62,025 nucleotides of DNA from Planctomycetota bacterium. GTDB lineage: Bacteria > Planctomycetota > UBA11346. This document shows, piece by piece, positions 46,322 to 56,977 of this stretch. The stretch lies in contig JAQIBG010000003.1 in the NCBI GenBank assembly GCA_027859175.1, forward strand, positions 1 to 62,025, read 5' to 3'. Position 1 is the first letter of the stretch. Each line of letters starts with the position of its first letter. The notes beneath the pieces were generated by a model. It saw nothing but the letters and a program-made list of their open reading frames with translations. It had not been told where the DNA came from and did no database searches. The position numbers and the translations under genes were made by a program.

Positions 46322-47137
46322 ATGACAGAAGGCCGCATTCCCATCACCGAACAGATCAGTGCCCTCGGCATTCAAGCCCTAGGCCTGTGCTGGGCCAGCC
46401 ACCCGCGGCGGCCCGGGCACAGCAATCACCCCTACACCCTCGACTGCTTCGGCTTGCTGTGGACGGCCTCTGGCGGCGTGTTTGAGAATCGCGAGCTACC
46501 GCGCCAGCATCTGCAGTCAGGCCATCTGTGCCTGCTCGTGCCGGGCGTGGAGCATTGTTACGGCCCACATGCTGGTGAACCCTGGCGTGAATGGCTGCTG
46601 TTCTGCGATGGTTGGTTGCCACGGCGACTGCTGAAGGAAGGGCACCTCTCAGCAAGCCGGCCGCTGTGCGTGGTCGGCGATTGGCAAACGCGCTGGGAGC
46701 ATTTGCGCAAGCAGGTTGAGGCTGGCCACGTCGAAGCGTGTTCGTTGCTCGCGGCCGAGGGTTTTCATGCCCTCGGCGCAGCCCTACGGCGACCGCAACG
46801 CCGGCAGGAAGACCATCCGGCCTGGGCCCTGGCTGATGCCATGCATCGCGAGCCTGCTCGCCATTGGGACTTCCCCACTTGGGCCCAGAGCTCCGAGATC
46901 AGCTACACCGCCCTACGCCAAACCTTCACCCGCCTGATTGGCCGTTCGCCGCATCAGCAGCTGATTCACGAGCGCCTGCAACTGGCAGCGCGGCTGCTCA
47001 CCGAACCCTTGCCGGTGCAAGAGGTGTGCCGCCTGATCGGCTACGCAGACCCCGCCCATTTCAGCCGCCTGTTCCAACGCCACCTCGGTCAGAGCCCACG
47101 CGCCTTCCAGCGCAGCCATGCCGTGATGCGCGGCTGA
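46322..47137 (+). CDS. AraC-family transcriptional regulator
   Basis: C-terminal HTH pair: WAQSSEISYTALRQTFTRLIGRSPHQ ... VCRLIGYADPAHFSRLFQRHLGQSPRAF. The gene is divergent from the GH63-like gene. Confidence 0.8.
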   Translation: MTEGRIPITEQISALGIQALGLCWASHPRRPGHSNHPYTLDCFGLLWTASGGVFENRELPRQHLQSGHLCLLVPGVEHCYGPHAGEPWREWLLFCDGWLPRRLLKEGHLSASRPLCVVGDWQTRWEHLRKQVEAGHVEACSLLAAEGFHALGAALRRPQRRQEDHPAWALADAMHREPARHWDFPTWAQSSEISYTALRQTFTRLIGRSPHQQLIHERLQLAARLLTEPLPVQEVCRLIGYADPAHFSRLFQRHLGQSPRAFQRSHAVMRG

Positions 47138-47170
47138 AGCGCAGGGCTGCCAGAATTCACCAAGCACGGC

Positions 47171-48202
47171 TCAGGCAATTGGCAGGCAGACGTTCCAGGT
47201 ATCGGTAAAATGCCACGGCCGCGGGCCCTGGGCGTGGGCAGCAAACAGGTGGCTGGGTTTCCCGTCTTGAAACAGCAGGAAGGGGCGCTCGAGATTGGCG
47301 GGCACGGTGGTGGTGCCGTCGTCCCAGGTAATAGACCGCGGATAGGCCTTGCCGTGGATCTCCCAGTTGAGGGCGTCTTCGCTGCTGGCGTGAACGCCGG
47401 CGCCCCACTCGCCGGTGATCCCGCCGCCAGGCGCGAACGCGGGTTCGCCCTTGTAATCGTCTTTCATAACAACGTGGAAACGGCCGTCGGTGGGATCGTG
47501 CCAGAAGAAGGGATCCTCGACGTGCCAGTTGGGATCGGAAAAGTTGAACAAGGGTTCATCGCTGAGTCGTTCGAAGGGACCATCCGGCCGTGCGGCACGA
47601 GTCATGCCGAGGCGCAGGGTCGCATTCGCTGCCGACCGACTCTTGTAGATCATGTAAGTAGTGCCGTCGGGCAGGATGGCTGCCGACGGGTTGGTGGTTG
47701 CGGTGCAGTCCCAGTGGCCGGGGCGCGGCAGTAGCAGCGGCTCGTCACGCCGCGTCCACGGGCCGAACACACTGGTGCTGCTCGCCAAACCGATGCGCTT
47801 GCGGTTCCAGGTCGCGAGCACGCGCTCGTCAGGAACCTGCTCGCCTGGCTGAGGCGGCTGCTCGTCGTAACTGGTGCCCATGTAGTACAGGTAGTAGGTG
47901 CCGTCCCAGAACCGGATGCTGGGATTATGCGTGTTCATGCCGTCGAAATACTGCGGCCCGCGCCGCTCCAGCACCACCTCTTCGAAAAGGTAAGGCCCCT
48001 CCGGCCGATCGCTGACGGCGCGCACCACCTCGCTGTGGAAGAGCCAGTGTGGGCTCATGCTGAAGGTCTTGGGCCAACGGCTGGCGAACATGTGATAGCG
48101 ACCATCCTCGCCGCGCACCACGCTGCCACACCAGACCCAATGCGTGTCCATGTGAAAACCGCTGTCGCGCGCCACGGGATGGAAGGTAAATAAATTACTC
48201 AT
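47171..48202 (-). CDS. GH43-superfamily-like five-bladed beta-propeller glycosidase
   Basis: GAGGG lies 7 nt upstream of ATG 48202. Motifs: WVWCGSVVRGEDGRYHMFASRW, GPYLFEEVV, NPSIRFWDGTYYLYYMG and LERPFLLFQDGKPSHLF. Confidence 0.55.
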   Translation of the reverse strand: MSNLFTFHPVARDSGFHMDTHWVWCGSVVRGEDGRYHMFASRWPKTFSMSPHWLFHSEVVRAVSDRPEGPYLFEEVVLERRGPQYFDGMNTHNPSIRFWDGTYYLYYMGTSYDEQPPQPGEQVPDERVLATWNRKRIGLASSTSVFGPWTRRDEPLLLPRPGHWDCTATTNPSAAILPDGTTYMIYKSRSAANATLRLGMTRAARPDGPFERLSDEPLFNFSDPNWHVEDPFFWHDPTDGRFHVVMKDDYKGEPAFAPGGGITGEWGAGVHASSEDALNWEIHGKAYPRSITWDDGTTTVPANLERPFLLFQDGKPSHLFAAHAQGPRPWHFTDTWNVCLPIA

Positions 48203-48242
48203 GCTCGAACCCTCATTCAGTGCGTACCACGATAGCCCGGAA

Positions 48243-50309
48243 TCACCGCGCTCCGTGCTCTGCCTCCGGTCTGACCGCAGCAGGCGCTGAATCAGAACAG
48301 GGATGCTCGCGGACCAGACGCAGACGTAGCACACCATCGTCTTCATACCAGAGTGGGAAATTGGTACCCCAGGTAGTATTCAGGAGATTGAGGTCGATAC
48401 CGTCGCGAGGATCGGGCAGATCCTGACGGAACTGCACCAGGGCGCCGCCGCCCGGCGCAACCAGGCCACAGTCGGGCAAGTCCAATCGCCACTGCGGCCC
48501 TGGCCCGTGCCAGCGGAGGTGCTCGCAGTGGTGCAGAGCCCGGTTGCCGTCAGCTACCACCTGGCGGGGATCGATGTCGCGGCCGAGCTTGCGTAGACGC
48601 AGACCGTCGGCGCAGGCCAAGGGAAAATGCATCCGTAGCCACAGGGCCTCGGGAACGCGAGTGGCCGGCTTGTCGCGCCAGCGCACGTCCCAAGTGATGG
48701 CGTCGGCCTGGGTGCTGATCACCACCCGCCAGCGCCGCGGACAGCCAAACGCAGTGCTAGCCTCCTCGGGGAATTCCAGATCTAGACGCAGAGCGCTGCC
48801 ATCGCGGCGGCGCCACAGCTGGCGCAGACGCGGCACGAAGCTGCGACCACGCTGCAGCACGGCCTCCAGACCGGGTTTGCCAAAATCGGGCTCAGCCCAG
48901 GAGCCGGTTTGGGCAAGTCGCGGATTGTAGGCCGCGAGAAAGGCCGCGTATTCGTCGGCGCCATACACATCGTAACGCAGCTCGCCCAGGCGGTGTTCGG
49001 CATCGGCGAAAACGGCACCGTCGGAGTCGGCCCGTAGATCGCATAGTGCGCCCTGGGCATCGAGCGTCAGCTGCCAGCCACCCAGCGCGTGCGTCATCGG
49101 TTGCGTCATCGGTTGCGTTAGCGCCAGTGCCTCCCACGGCCCGGCGGGTTCTGGCGGCCAGGCGCAAGCGTCCTGGGCGGCCTGCTGCAGCGGGCTGCCT
49201 GCGAGGCTGGCAAGGGCTTGGTCGAGATAGGCCCGCTGTTCTTGCCAGGAGCGCTCGAGACGATCATGCACGCCGTCGGCCCGGTCGCGTTGAAAGCCCT
49301 GCTGGTCCCAGGCGCCGTCCAGCCGACCCGCACCAGCGGGGGTGAAATGCTTGGCGTCGCGGCCCCAGGTGTGTTCGCCAACCAGCATGAGCTGGGTGCT
49401 GAAACGGCGCAGCTCGCGCCGAGTGGCCTGCTCGGGTGCAGCTTCAAGCAGCGCAGCCCGCCAACGTGCCAGGGCCCGAAAGCGCCGCGTCTTTTCCGGG
49501 TCGCTGCCCGTGCCGTGGATCCAGCTGTCACCGATCTCCACGTCCACCGACGGCAATTCGGCTCGATGATGGGCAAGCTCGGTTGCGAAGGTATCGAGAC
49601 TAGAGGCCGCAACCGGGCAGCCGGGAAAGCGCTCACGCAACTGGTGGTAGACCTGACGGACCTGGCCAACCGTCGGCGGGCCGTGGTTGTCGCCGGTGAA
49701 ACCGAAAGCGAGACAGGGCCCGCCTGGCAGGGGCTGGCTGAGATCACCGTAGTCGCTCTCGTAGCCGAGCAAAACCTCGTCATCACCGCAGCGCCAGCGG
49801 CACCAGTCGGGCACCTGGGGGCGGGTGCTGGCCGGATTGACGCCAAGGTGCAGCAGTTCGACGCCGGCCTCGGCCAAGAGTGGCACCAAGGCTTGGCTGT
49901 GCCCGGGCACGTCCGTCATTTTCGCGCCGATGGTGCGCCGGCCGAAGCGGCGATCTAGACTCTGCGACAGGGACAACCCGTGGCGGATCAAGCCCGCGTC
50001 GAGGTACTCGCTGTGCATCGTAAACGGCAAGGCGTGCCAGCGGATGTCGCCCTCGGCCAGGGCCAGCTCAAGGTCGGCACGGGCCTGGCCGCCGAGTCGA
50101 TCCAGCGCCTCGGAGATCAGCCACGACCCGACAGTCCAAACGAAACGGTCATCCGGTGCTTCAACCCTAAGCCGACGAGCAAGCGCAAGTGCGCGCGGCA
50201 AGTAGTTGTCGAGGTAGCTGCAGAGCACGGCATGGGCATCGTCGGTAAACCCGATATCGAGGTGGGTTTTGAACAGGACATGGATGCGGGAGGGATCGAT
50301 CGGCGTCAT
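48243..50309 (-). CDS. GH38-like N-terminal domain protein (DUF5054-type)
   Basis: The N-terminus IHVLFKTHLDIGFTDDAHAV..YLDNYLPRALALA matches the remembered DUF5054/GH38-like start. 688 aa. Confidence 0.55.
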   Translation of the reverse strand: MTPIDPSRIHVLFKTHLDIGFTDDAHAVLCSYLDNYLPRALALARRLRVEAPDDRFVWTVGSWLISEALDRLGGQARADLELALAEGDIRWHALPFTMHSEYLDAGLIRHGLSLSQSLDRRFGRRTIGAKMTDVPGHSQALVPLLAEAGVELLHLGVNPASTRPQVPDWCRWRCGDDEVLLGYESDYGDLSQPLPGGPCLAFGFTGDNHGPPTVGQVRQVYHQLRERFPGCPVAASSLDTFATELAHHRAELPSVDVEIGDSWIHGTGSDPEKTRRFRALARWRAALLEAAPEQATRRELRRFSTQLMLVGEHTWGRDAKHFTPAGAGRLDGAWDQQGFQRDRADGVHDRLERSWQEQRAYLDQALASLAGSPLQQAAQDACAWPPEPAGPWEALALTQPMTQPMTHALGGWQLTLDAQGALCDLRADSDGAVFADAEHRLGELRYDVYGADEYAAFLAAYNPRLAQTGSWAEPDFGKPGLEAVLQRGRSFVPRLRQLWRRRDGSALRLDLEFPEEASTAFGCPRRWRVVISTQADAITWDVRWRDKPATRVPEALWLRMHFPLACADGLRLRKLGRDIDPRQVVADGNRALHHCEHLRWHGPGPQWRLDLPDCGLVAPGGGALVQFRQDLPDPRDGIDLNLLNTTWGTNFPLWYEDDGVLRLRLVREHPCSDSAPAAVRPEAEHGAR

Positions 50310-50366
50310 GCCCTAGTCTCGGCTGAAGGTATCCCACGACCATGTCTGGATTCGAGCGCGACCTGT

Positions 50367-51284
50367 CTAATCCCGAAGATCGTCGGCAAGGCGCGACGGC
50401 GGATAGCCGAAGTGGCGCTTGAACGCGGTGCTGAAATGAAAGGGATTGGCGAATCCCAACTGGTCGGCAACCGTCTGCACCTGATGGCCCCCGAGCAATA
50501 GCTCGCGTGCCAGAGCGAGGCGGTGGCGACGTTGCAGCTGTGCCGGCGTTGCGCCCAACAGTTGGCGGCAGCGCTGCTGGAGCACACGTTCGCTCAAGCC
50601 CATTTCGTGCGCCAGAGCGGGTATCGACAGGCCGCCCGGATCCCGCTCGAAACAGGCCGCGAGACCATGGCCGAGTTCGGCCGCGGCCACGCGTTCGCCA
50701 GCCTCGACAGCAATCGCAGTTGGCGGCAGCGCGTGTAACAAGCGCACCACCAGTTCGTGGCAGATCGCGTCTTGTAGGTGCGTGGTCCAATTGCCACCGT
50801 TCAGCGTAGCCGCCTCCAAACGCTCACCGGCTTGGTGCAATGCAGTGGCTTCAGGAAGCGCGCGATCGGCCAGCGCGGCATCAGGCGCCAGCGGCGACGC
50901 CGACCATCCCGGGCGCGGGCCGGGGAGTAGCTCAAGCATAATCCCAATCAGACCCACCGGCCGCAGACAGCGATCTTCGTGCCGGTCGCCCGGCGCAACC
51001 AGAAGGGCGCCGCCGCTCGGCACTGCCAGGTCGCACCCATCGATGCGTCCTTCCCAACGCCCGCTGCGAATCAGCAGCAGCTCCAGCTCAAGGTGGCGAT
51101 GCGCCAGCACGCGATGCGGCTCGGGCTCAGTCCGCAGGTAAATCCGCCGGAAGCGCACGGCCCACGGCAGCGGGAGCGGCACGCCGGGGTTGCGCGCCCA
51201 CCAGCGACCGAAGCGGCCGTCGGGGAGCGGTCCGTGACTTGGGGGCGCACCGGGCATGGCCGCAGCATACCGATGATGGGGCAT
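50367..51284 (-). CDS. AraC-family transcriptional regulator (cupin-like N-domain + HTH)
   Basis: C-terminus ALAHEMGLSERVLQQRCRQLLGATPAQ ... VADQLGFANPFHFSTAFKRHFGYPPS. Confidence 0.8.
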   Translation of the reverse strand: MPHHRYAAAMPGAPPSHGPLPDGRFGRWWARNPGVPLPLPWAVRFRRIYLRTEPEPHRVLAHRHLELELLLIRSGRWEGRIDGCDLAVPSGGALLVAPGDRHEDRCLRPVGLIGIMLELLPGPRPGWSASPLAPDAALADRALPEATALHQAGERLEAATLNGGNWTTHLQDAICHELVVRLLHALPPTAIAVEAGERVAAAELGHGLAACFERDPGGLSIPALAHEMGLSERVLQQRCRQLLGATPAQLQRRHRLALARELLLGGHQVQTVADQLGFANPFHFSTAFKRHFGYPPSRLADDLRD

Positions 51285-51432
51285 CGGGTACAGCGCCCGC
51301 CAACTCAGGACACACGGTAGCGATCACTGGCCTGCAGCCCTACACCACCTGGGTTGAAGCCAGCATCTCGAACACGCGGCGGAAGCGGTAGCCGGCAGTT
51401 TTCTCGGCCGCTAGAGGTGCCGACAAGTGTGC

Positions 51433-51715
51433 GGCGAACTGGCTCCGGCCGACGCCGGATCGACCTGGGCATGGCATCTGCAACCGGGCGACGAGGTCAC
51501 CGCCTACGACCCCTTCGGCGACTTCCATATCAAGCCGAGCGATGTAAAGATGGTGTACATCGGCGGCGGCGCGGGCATGGCTCCGCTGCGCGCCCACCTT
51601 CCCCATCTGCTCGAGGGCCAAGCCAGCGATCGCCGCATCCGCCTCTGGTACGGTGCGTGCACTGCTCAAGCACTACGGCGTGATTGAAGACCATATCGCC
51701 TGCGACGAGTTCTGA
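51433..51715 (+). pseudogene. Remnant of an NqrF / FNR-family oxidoreductase gene (internal deletion + frameshift)
   Basis: One frame reads [43 protein letters not shown]...RIRLWYGA (compare NqrF: [39 protein letters not shown]...WYGA). It then jumps in another frame to VRALLKHYGVIEDHIACDEF*, which matches the NqrF C-terminus (MLK.LGVE.ENILLDDF). The FAD/2Fe-2S half and about 100 internal codons are missing. Confidence 0.55.
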
Positions 51716-51736
51716 GGCGCGCCAAGGATTGGCCCA

Positions 51737-51778
51737 CCAAACAAAAACGCAGCCGAGGCCCACGGCCCCGGCTGCGTT
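51737..51778 (-). terminator. Rho-independent terminator of the sulfatase gene
   Basis: On the minus strand, aacgcagccg gggccgtgggcct cggctgcgtt forms a 10-bp stem plus inner GGCC pairs. It is followed by TTTTGTTTG. Confidence 0.65.
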
Positions 51779-51801
51779 AACTTTACATACTGCGCTGAGC
51801 G

Positions 51802-54198
<2,397 letters not shown>

Positions 54199-54469
54199 TC
54201 ACAGGAGCGGGTGCAGAGGCTTAGCTGCGCAAGGCATGCACACAATGCGTAAATTCACATGCCGCTAATAGCCATTTCGCTTAGTAAAGAAAATGCAAAG
54301 GCAAGTTCCTTCGCAGTCGCCACTTGAGACAAAGCCTGATGACAGAGCATTGCGGCGATACACTTGGCGCCGGTTAAAATCGATTGCACCACCAGCGGCC
54401 TGTCCAGAGAGACGCAGCGGATTCAGGGCGTCCACCAGGCGGCCAGACCCGCCCTGCCACCAAATGTAT

Positions 54470-54922
54470 TCACTCGCTACCGAGTGCCGCCTGAACCACC
54501 ACTTCAAGCCGTTGCAAAAACCACCGTCGATCGCGCTCATCAATCGGCTTCTGACCACGGCCGCCATCGCCCGACTCACGGGCATACTGTAATAGTTCGC
54601 GCATCGACAGCGCTTCGCCGATATTGTTTTCATCTCGCTCGTCACCGCGATTCGTGATCACCTTGGCCCCAGCCGTGATGCAGCGTGCCGCCAAGGGAAT
54701 ATCGTCGCTGACCACCACATCGCCCGCGCCAACACGTTCGGCGATCCAGTTGTCCGCGGCGTCGAAGCCGTGGTCCACCACCTCCAAACGAATCATGGGA
54801 TCGTTGGGCATGTCCATCCACTGATTCGCCACCACCCAGGTCATAAGGCCATGGCGCTTGGCCACACGGTACACCTCGGCACGAACGGGGCAGGCATCAG
54901 CATCAATATAGATCGCAGGCAT
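54470..54922 (-). CDS. yaiI: YaiI/YqxD-family (UPF0178, DUF188) protein
   Basis: MPAIYIDADACPVRAEVYRVAKRHG ... VVSDDIPLAARCITAGAKVITNRG matches the family pattern (I.VDADACPV ... VT.DI.LA......GA....P.G). Confidence 0.75.
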   Translation of the reverse strand: MPAIYIDADACPVRAEVYRVAKRHGLMTWVVANQWMDMPNDPMIRLEVVDHGFDAADNWIAERVGAGDVVVSDDIPLAARCITAGAKVITNRGDERDENNIGEALSMRELLQYARESGDGGRGQKPIDERDRRWFLQRLEVVVQAALGSE

Positions 54923-55192
54923 GCACCCAGCCTCACGCCACCGCGCGCCACGGCAATGGGTCATGTGCGATGGAAGCCGACCCACAGCCCAGCCCACACT
55001 AGGCTACACCTCGCCGCCTAACAGACGCCAACTGCCGGGCACAAACCTCCGCCAGGGACAACGGCGCATGGAAAGGCGGAGCCAAGGCCATCCTTTGAAA
55101 CGCCAACGACCAACCCTGTACCATGATCGGCGTCGAGCGCTTTGCTCAGGTGGTTTTGCGCGGCGTTCCGCCGCTTGCTAAACAGCAAGCGC

Positions 55193-56539
55193 TCAGGGCT
55201 TGAAGGGGTCGCGCGCAGCCGTCTCAGTTGGCATCACCATTGGCAGCGTAACAACTTCACTCCGATCGAGATCCAAGGCGTGAAGACGGACCGGCGAGAA
55301 CGTATCGCTCACGGCCGAGCCCCAGAAGGCTGCGAAGTCAGGGCGCGCGTGCAGGGGCCGCCGAACGTAGCTGTGATGGGCCGTGGGGTCGGTGGTGAGC
55401 CGCTCAACCCGAGTCCATCGCCCGCGCTGGCCGCGAAACATCTCCAGGTCGCCACCTGTCCTATTCGGCTGTGGCCCGGGCAGACTGGGCCCAACAACCC
55501 AGGCCGTGTCGCCATCCAGCCACAAGCAACCGGTATCGTAGCTGTGATCGCTGGTGGTGACTTGGCTCCAGTCCCAGGCGCGGCCATTGAATCTGGCGAC
55601 CAGCCACCGACGTGGTCCAGCACCGGCGGGCGCCGCCACCACTAAAATCGCAGGTCGTCCGCGATCATCGAGCGCGATGTCTTTGAGGTAGATCCGCAGG
55701 CCCTCGGCCGCGAAATCGCGAACCAGCGCTGGGTTGTCGGGGTGCTTAAGCGGAAGTTCCAAGGCGCCGCCGTCCAAACTCATCCAACGCCGGCCCGCAT
55801 CCGACGAGGCCATGACATAGAGATTGGTTCGAGCGTCGACATTGCCCTTCGGATGCCAGTTGAACGCAGTAACAACCAGATCACCGCGAGCAGCGCTCAC
55901 TTGGTAATGCCCGCCGAAACCCACCAGTTTAAGCGGGTCGGTCCAGTCCTCGGCGGCGGCATTGGCCGTTGCGACGTAGATCTCGCGGCCTCCGGTGTAA
56001 CGCGTGAAGCAGTGAACCAAACGGCCATCGTCCAAAACCCAGGGCTGCGGGTAGGTGAACGACGGCCCCGGAACGCGCTCGAATGCAGTTGGATCGTAGG
56101 GCCGTAGACTGCGGAAGTAGACCCCCTTGCGGCGGGTGTTGCGTCCGCTGACGGCAACCAGCAGGCGGCCGTCTGCAAGGATCGCCAAGCTGGGATTATC
56201 GTGACCATCGTCAACACCGGGCTTGCGCATGACCTCTCGTGGCTGGGCAAACGAGCGCGTGGCGTGATCGTAGACCCCGATCATCGCCACCAATTCCCGC
56301 TCGTCGACTGCGGTCGTGCCGCCGTAGACAAAGAAAGTTCGATCAACCGCCTCGGCGTAAACCGCCAGGGGCCGATGCTTGGCGGTATAGGTTGCCATCG
56401 CACCCGAGTACTTATTGCGCAACTGGTACCACAGGCCGCGATAGCCGTCATGGACAGGCGCCACTTCGGATGCGCCGAGTTGGCCCCAAGGCGAGCCCAG
56501 CAGAATAATCGGAAGAATGATCAGCAGCAGTCGCATCAC
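55193..56539 (-). CDS. BNR-4-repeat-like secreted beta-propeller protein
   Basis: GGAGG lies upstream of GTG/ATG 56539/56536. Signal peptide MMRLLLIILPIILLGSPWG. Other motifs: RTFFVYGGT, SSDAGRRW (Asp-box-like) and DHSYDTGCLWLDGD. Confidence 0.55.
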   Translation of the reverse strand: MMRLLLIILPIILLGSPWGQLGASEVAPVHDGYRGLWYQLRNKYSGAMATYTAKHRPLAVYAEAVDRTFFVYGGTTAVDERELVAMIGVYDHATRSFAQPREVMRKPGVDDGHDNPSLAILADGRLLVAVSGRNTRRKGVYFRSLRPYDPTAFERVPGPSFTYPQPWVLDDGRLVHCFTRYTGGREIYVATANAAAEDWTDPLKLVGFGGHYQVSAARGDLVVTAFNWHPKGNVDARTNLYVMASSDAGRRWMSLDGGALELPLKHPDNPALVRDFAAEGLRIYLKDIALDDRGRPAILVVAAPAGAGPRRWLVARFNGRAWDWSQVTTSDHSYDTGCLWLDGDTAWVVGPSLPGPQPNRTGGDLEMFRGQRGRWTRVERLTTDPTAHHSYVRRPLHARPDFAAFWGSAVSDTFSPVRLHALDLDRSEVVTLPMVMPTETAARDPFKP

Positions 56540-56688
56540 GGAAATCGCCTCCTCGACTCAGCGTGGACCGCCGATTGAAGCTGCAATGCGCAAGACGCAG
56601 GCGCAAGACACAAACGTGGAGAGAAAGCGCAGCGTAAACCGGTCGCTCATCTATCACCCACATGTTTGGGCCGGCATGTTTGCCCTCG

Positions 56689-56919
56689 TCAGCAGTCGGC
56701 GCTGAGCAACCAATCAACGTCGCCGCTGGGCGGCGTCAGTTCGACAACGCCCGGCGCAACGGTGCCGGCATCGAAACGCCGCCCGTTGCGCGGATCAACC
56801 CAGCGCAAGCACGCGCAACTGCGCAAGCAACTGAGGTCAACCGACACCGGCCCGCCGCATGGCAAGTACACCAAGGCGAACGACCCGGCCGCACAGCGCG
56901 TCGCCGCAATCCAGGCCAT
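56689..56919 (-). pseudogene. 3' remnant resembling the C-terminal domain of DUF4038/GH140-type glycosidases
   Basis: FALVYLPCGGPVSVDLSCL...LRWVDPRNGRRFDAGTVAPGVVELTPPSGDVDWLLS fits the remembered C-terminal pattern (YLP.GG.V.VDLS.L....A.WFDPRTG......F.PP....DWVL). No upstream catalytic domain is present. Confidence 0.35.
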
Positions 56920-56977
56920 AATCTCAAGGGGCGTTGCGCTCAGCCCACTACAGAGTCAAGGGCACCAACACCAAGGC

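Noticed and set aside
55172-55191. 7-bp hairpin (cgcttgc taaaca gcaagcg) just downstream of the BNR-4 gene stop codon
   Set aside because: The stem is short and there is no U-tract, so it is too weak to call a terminator.
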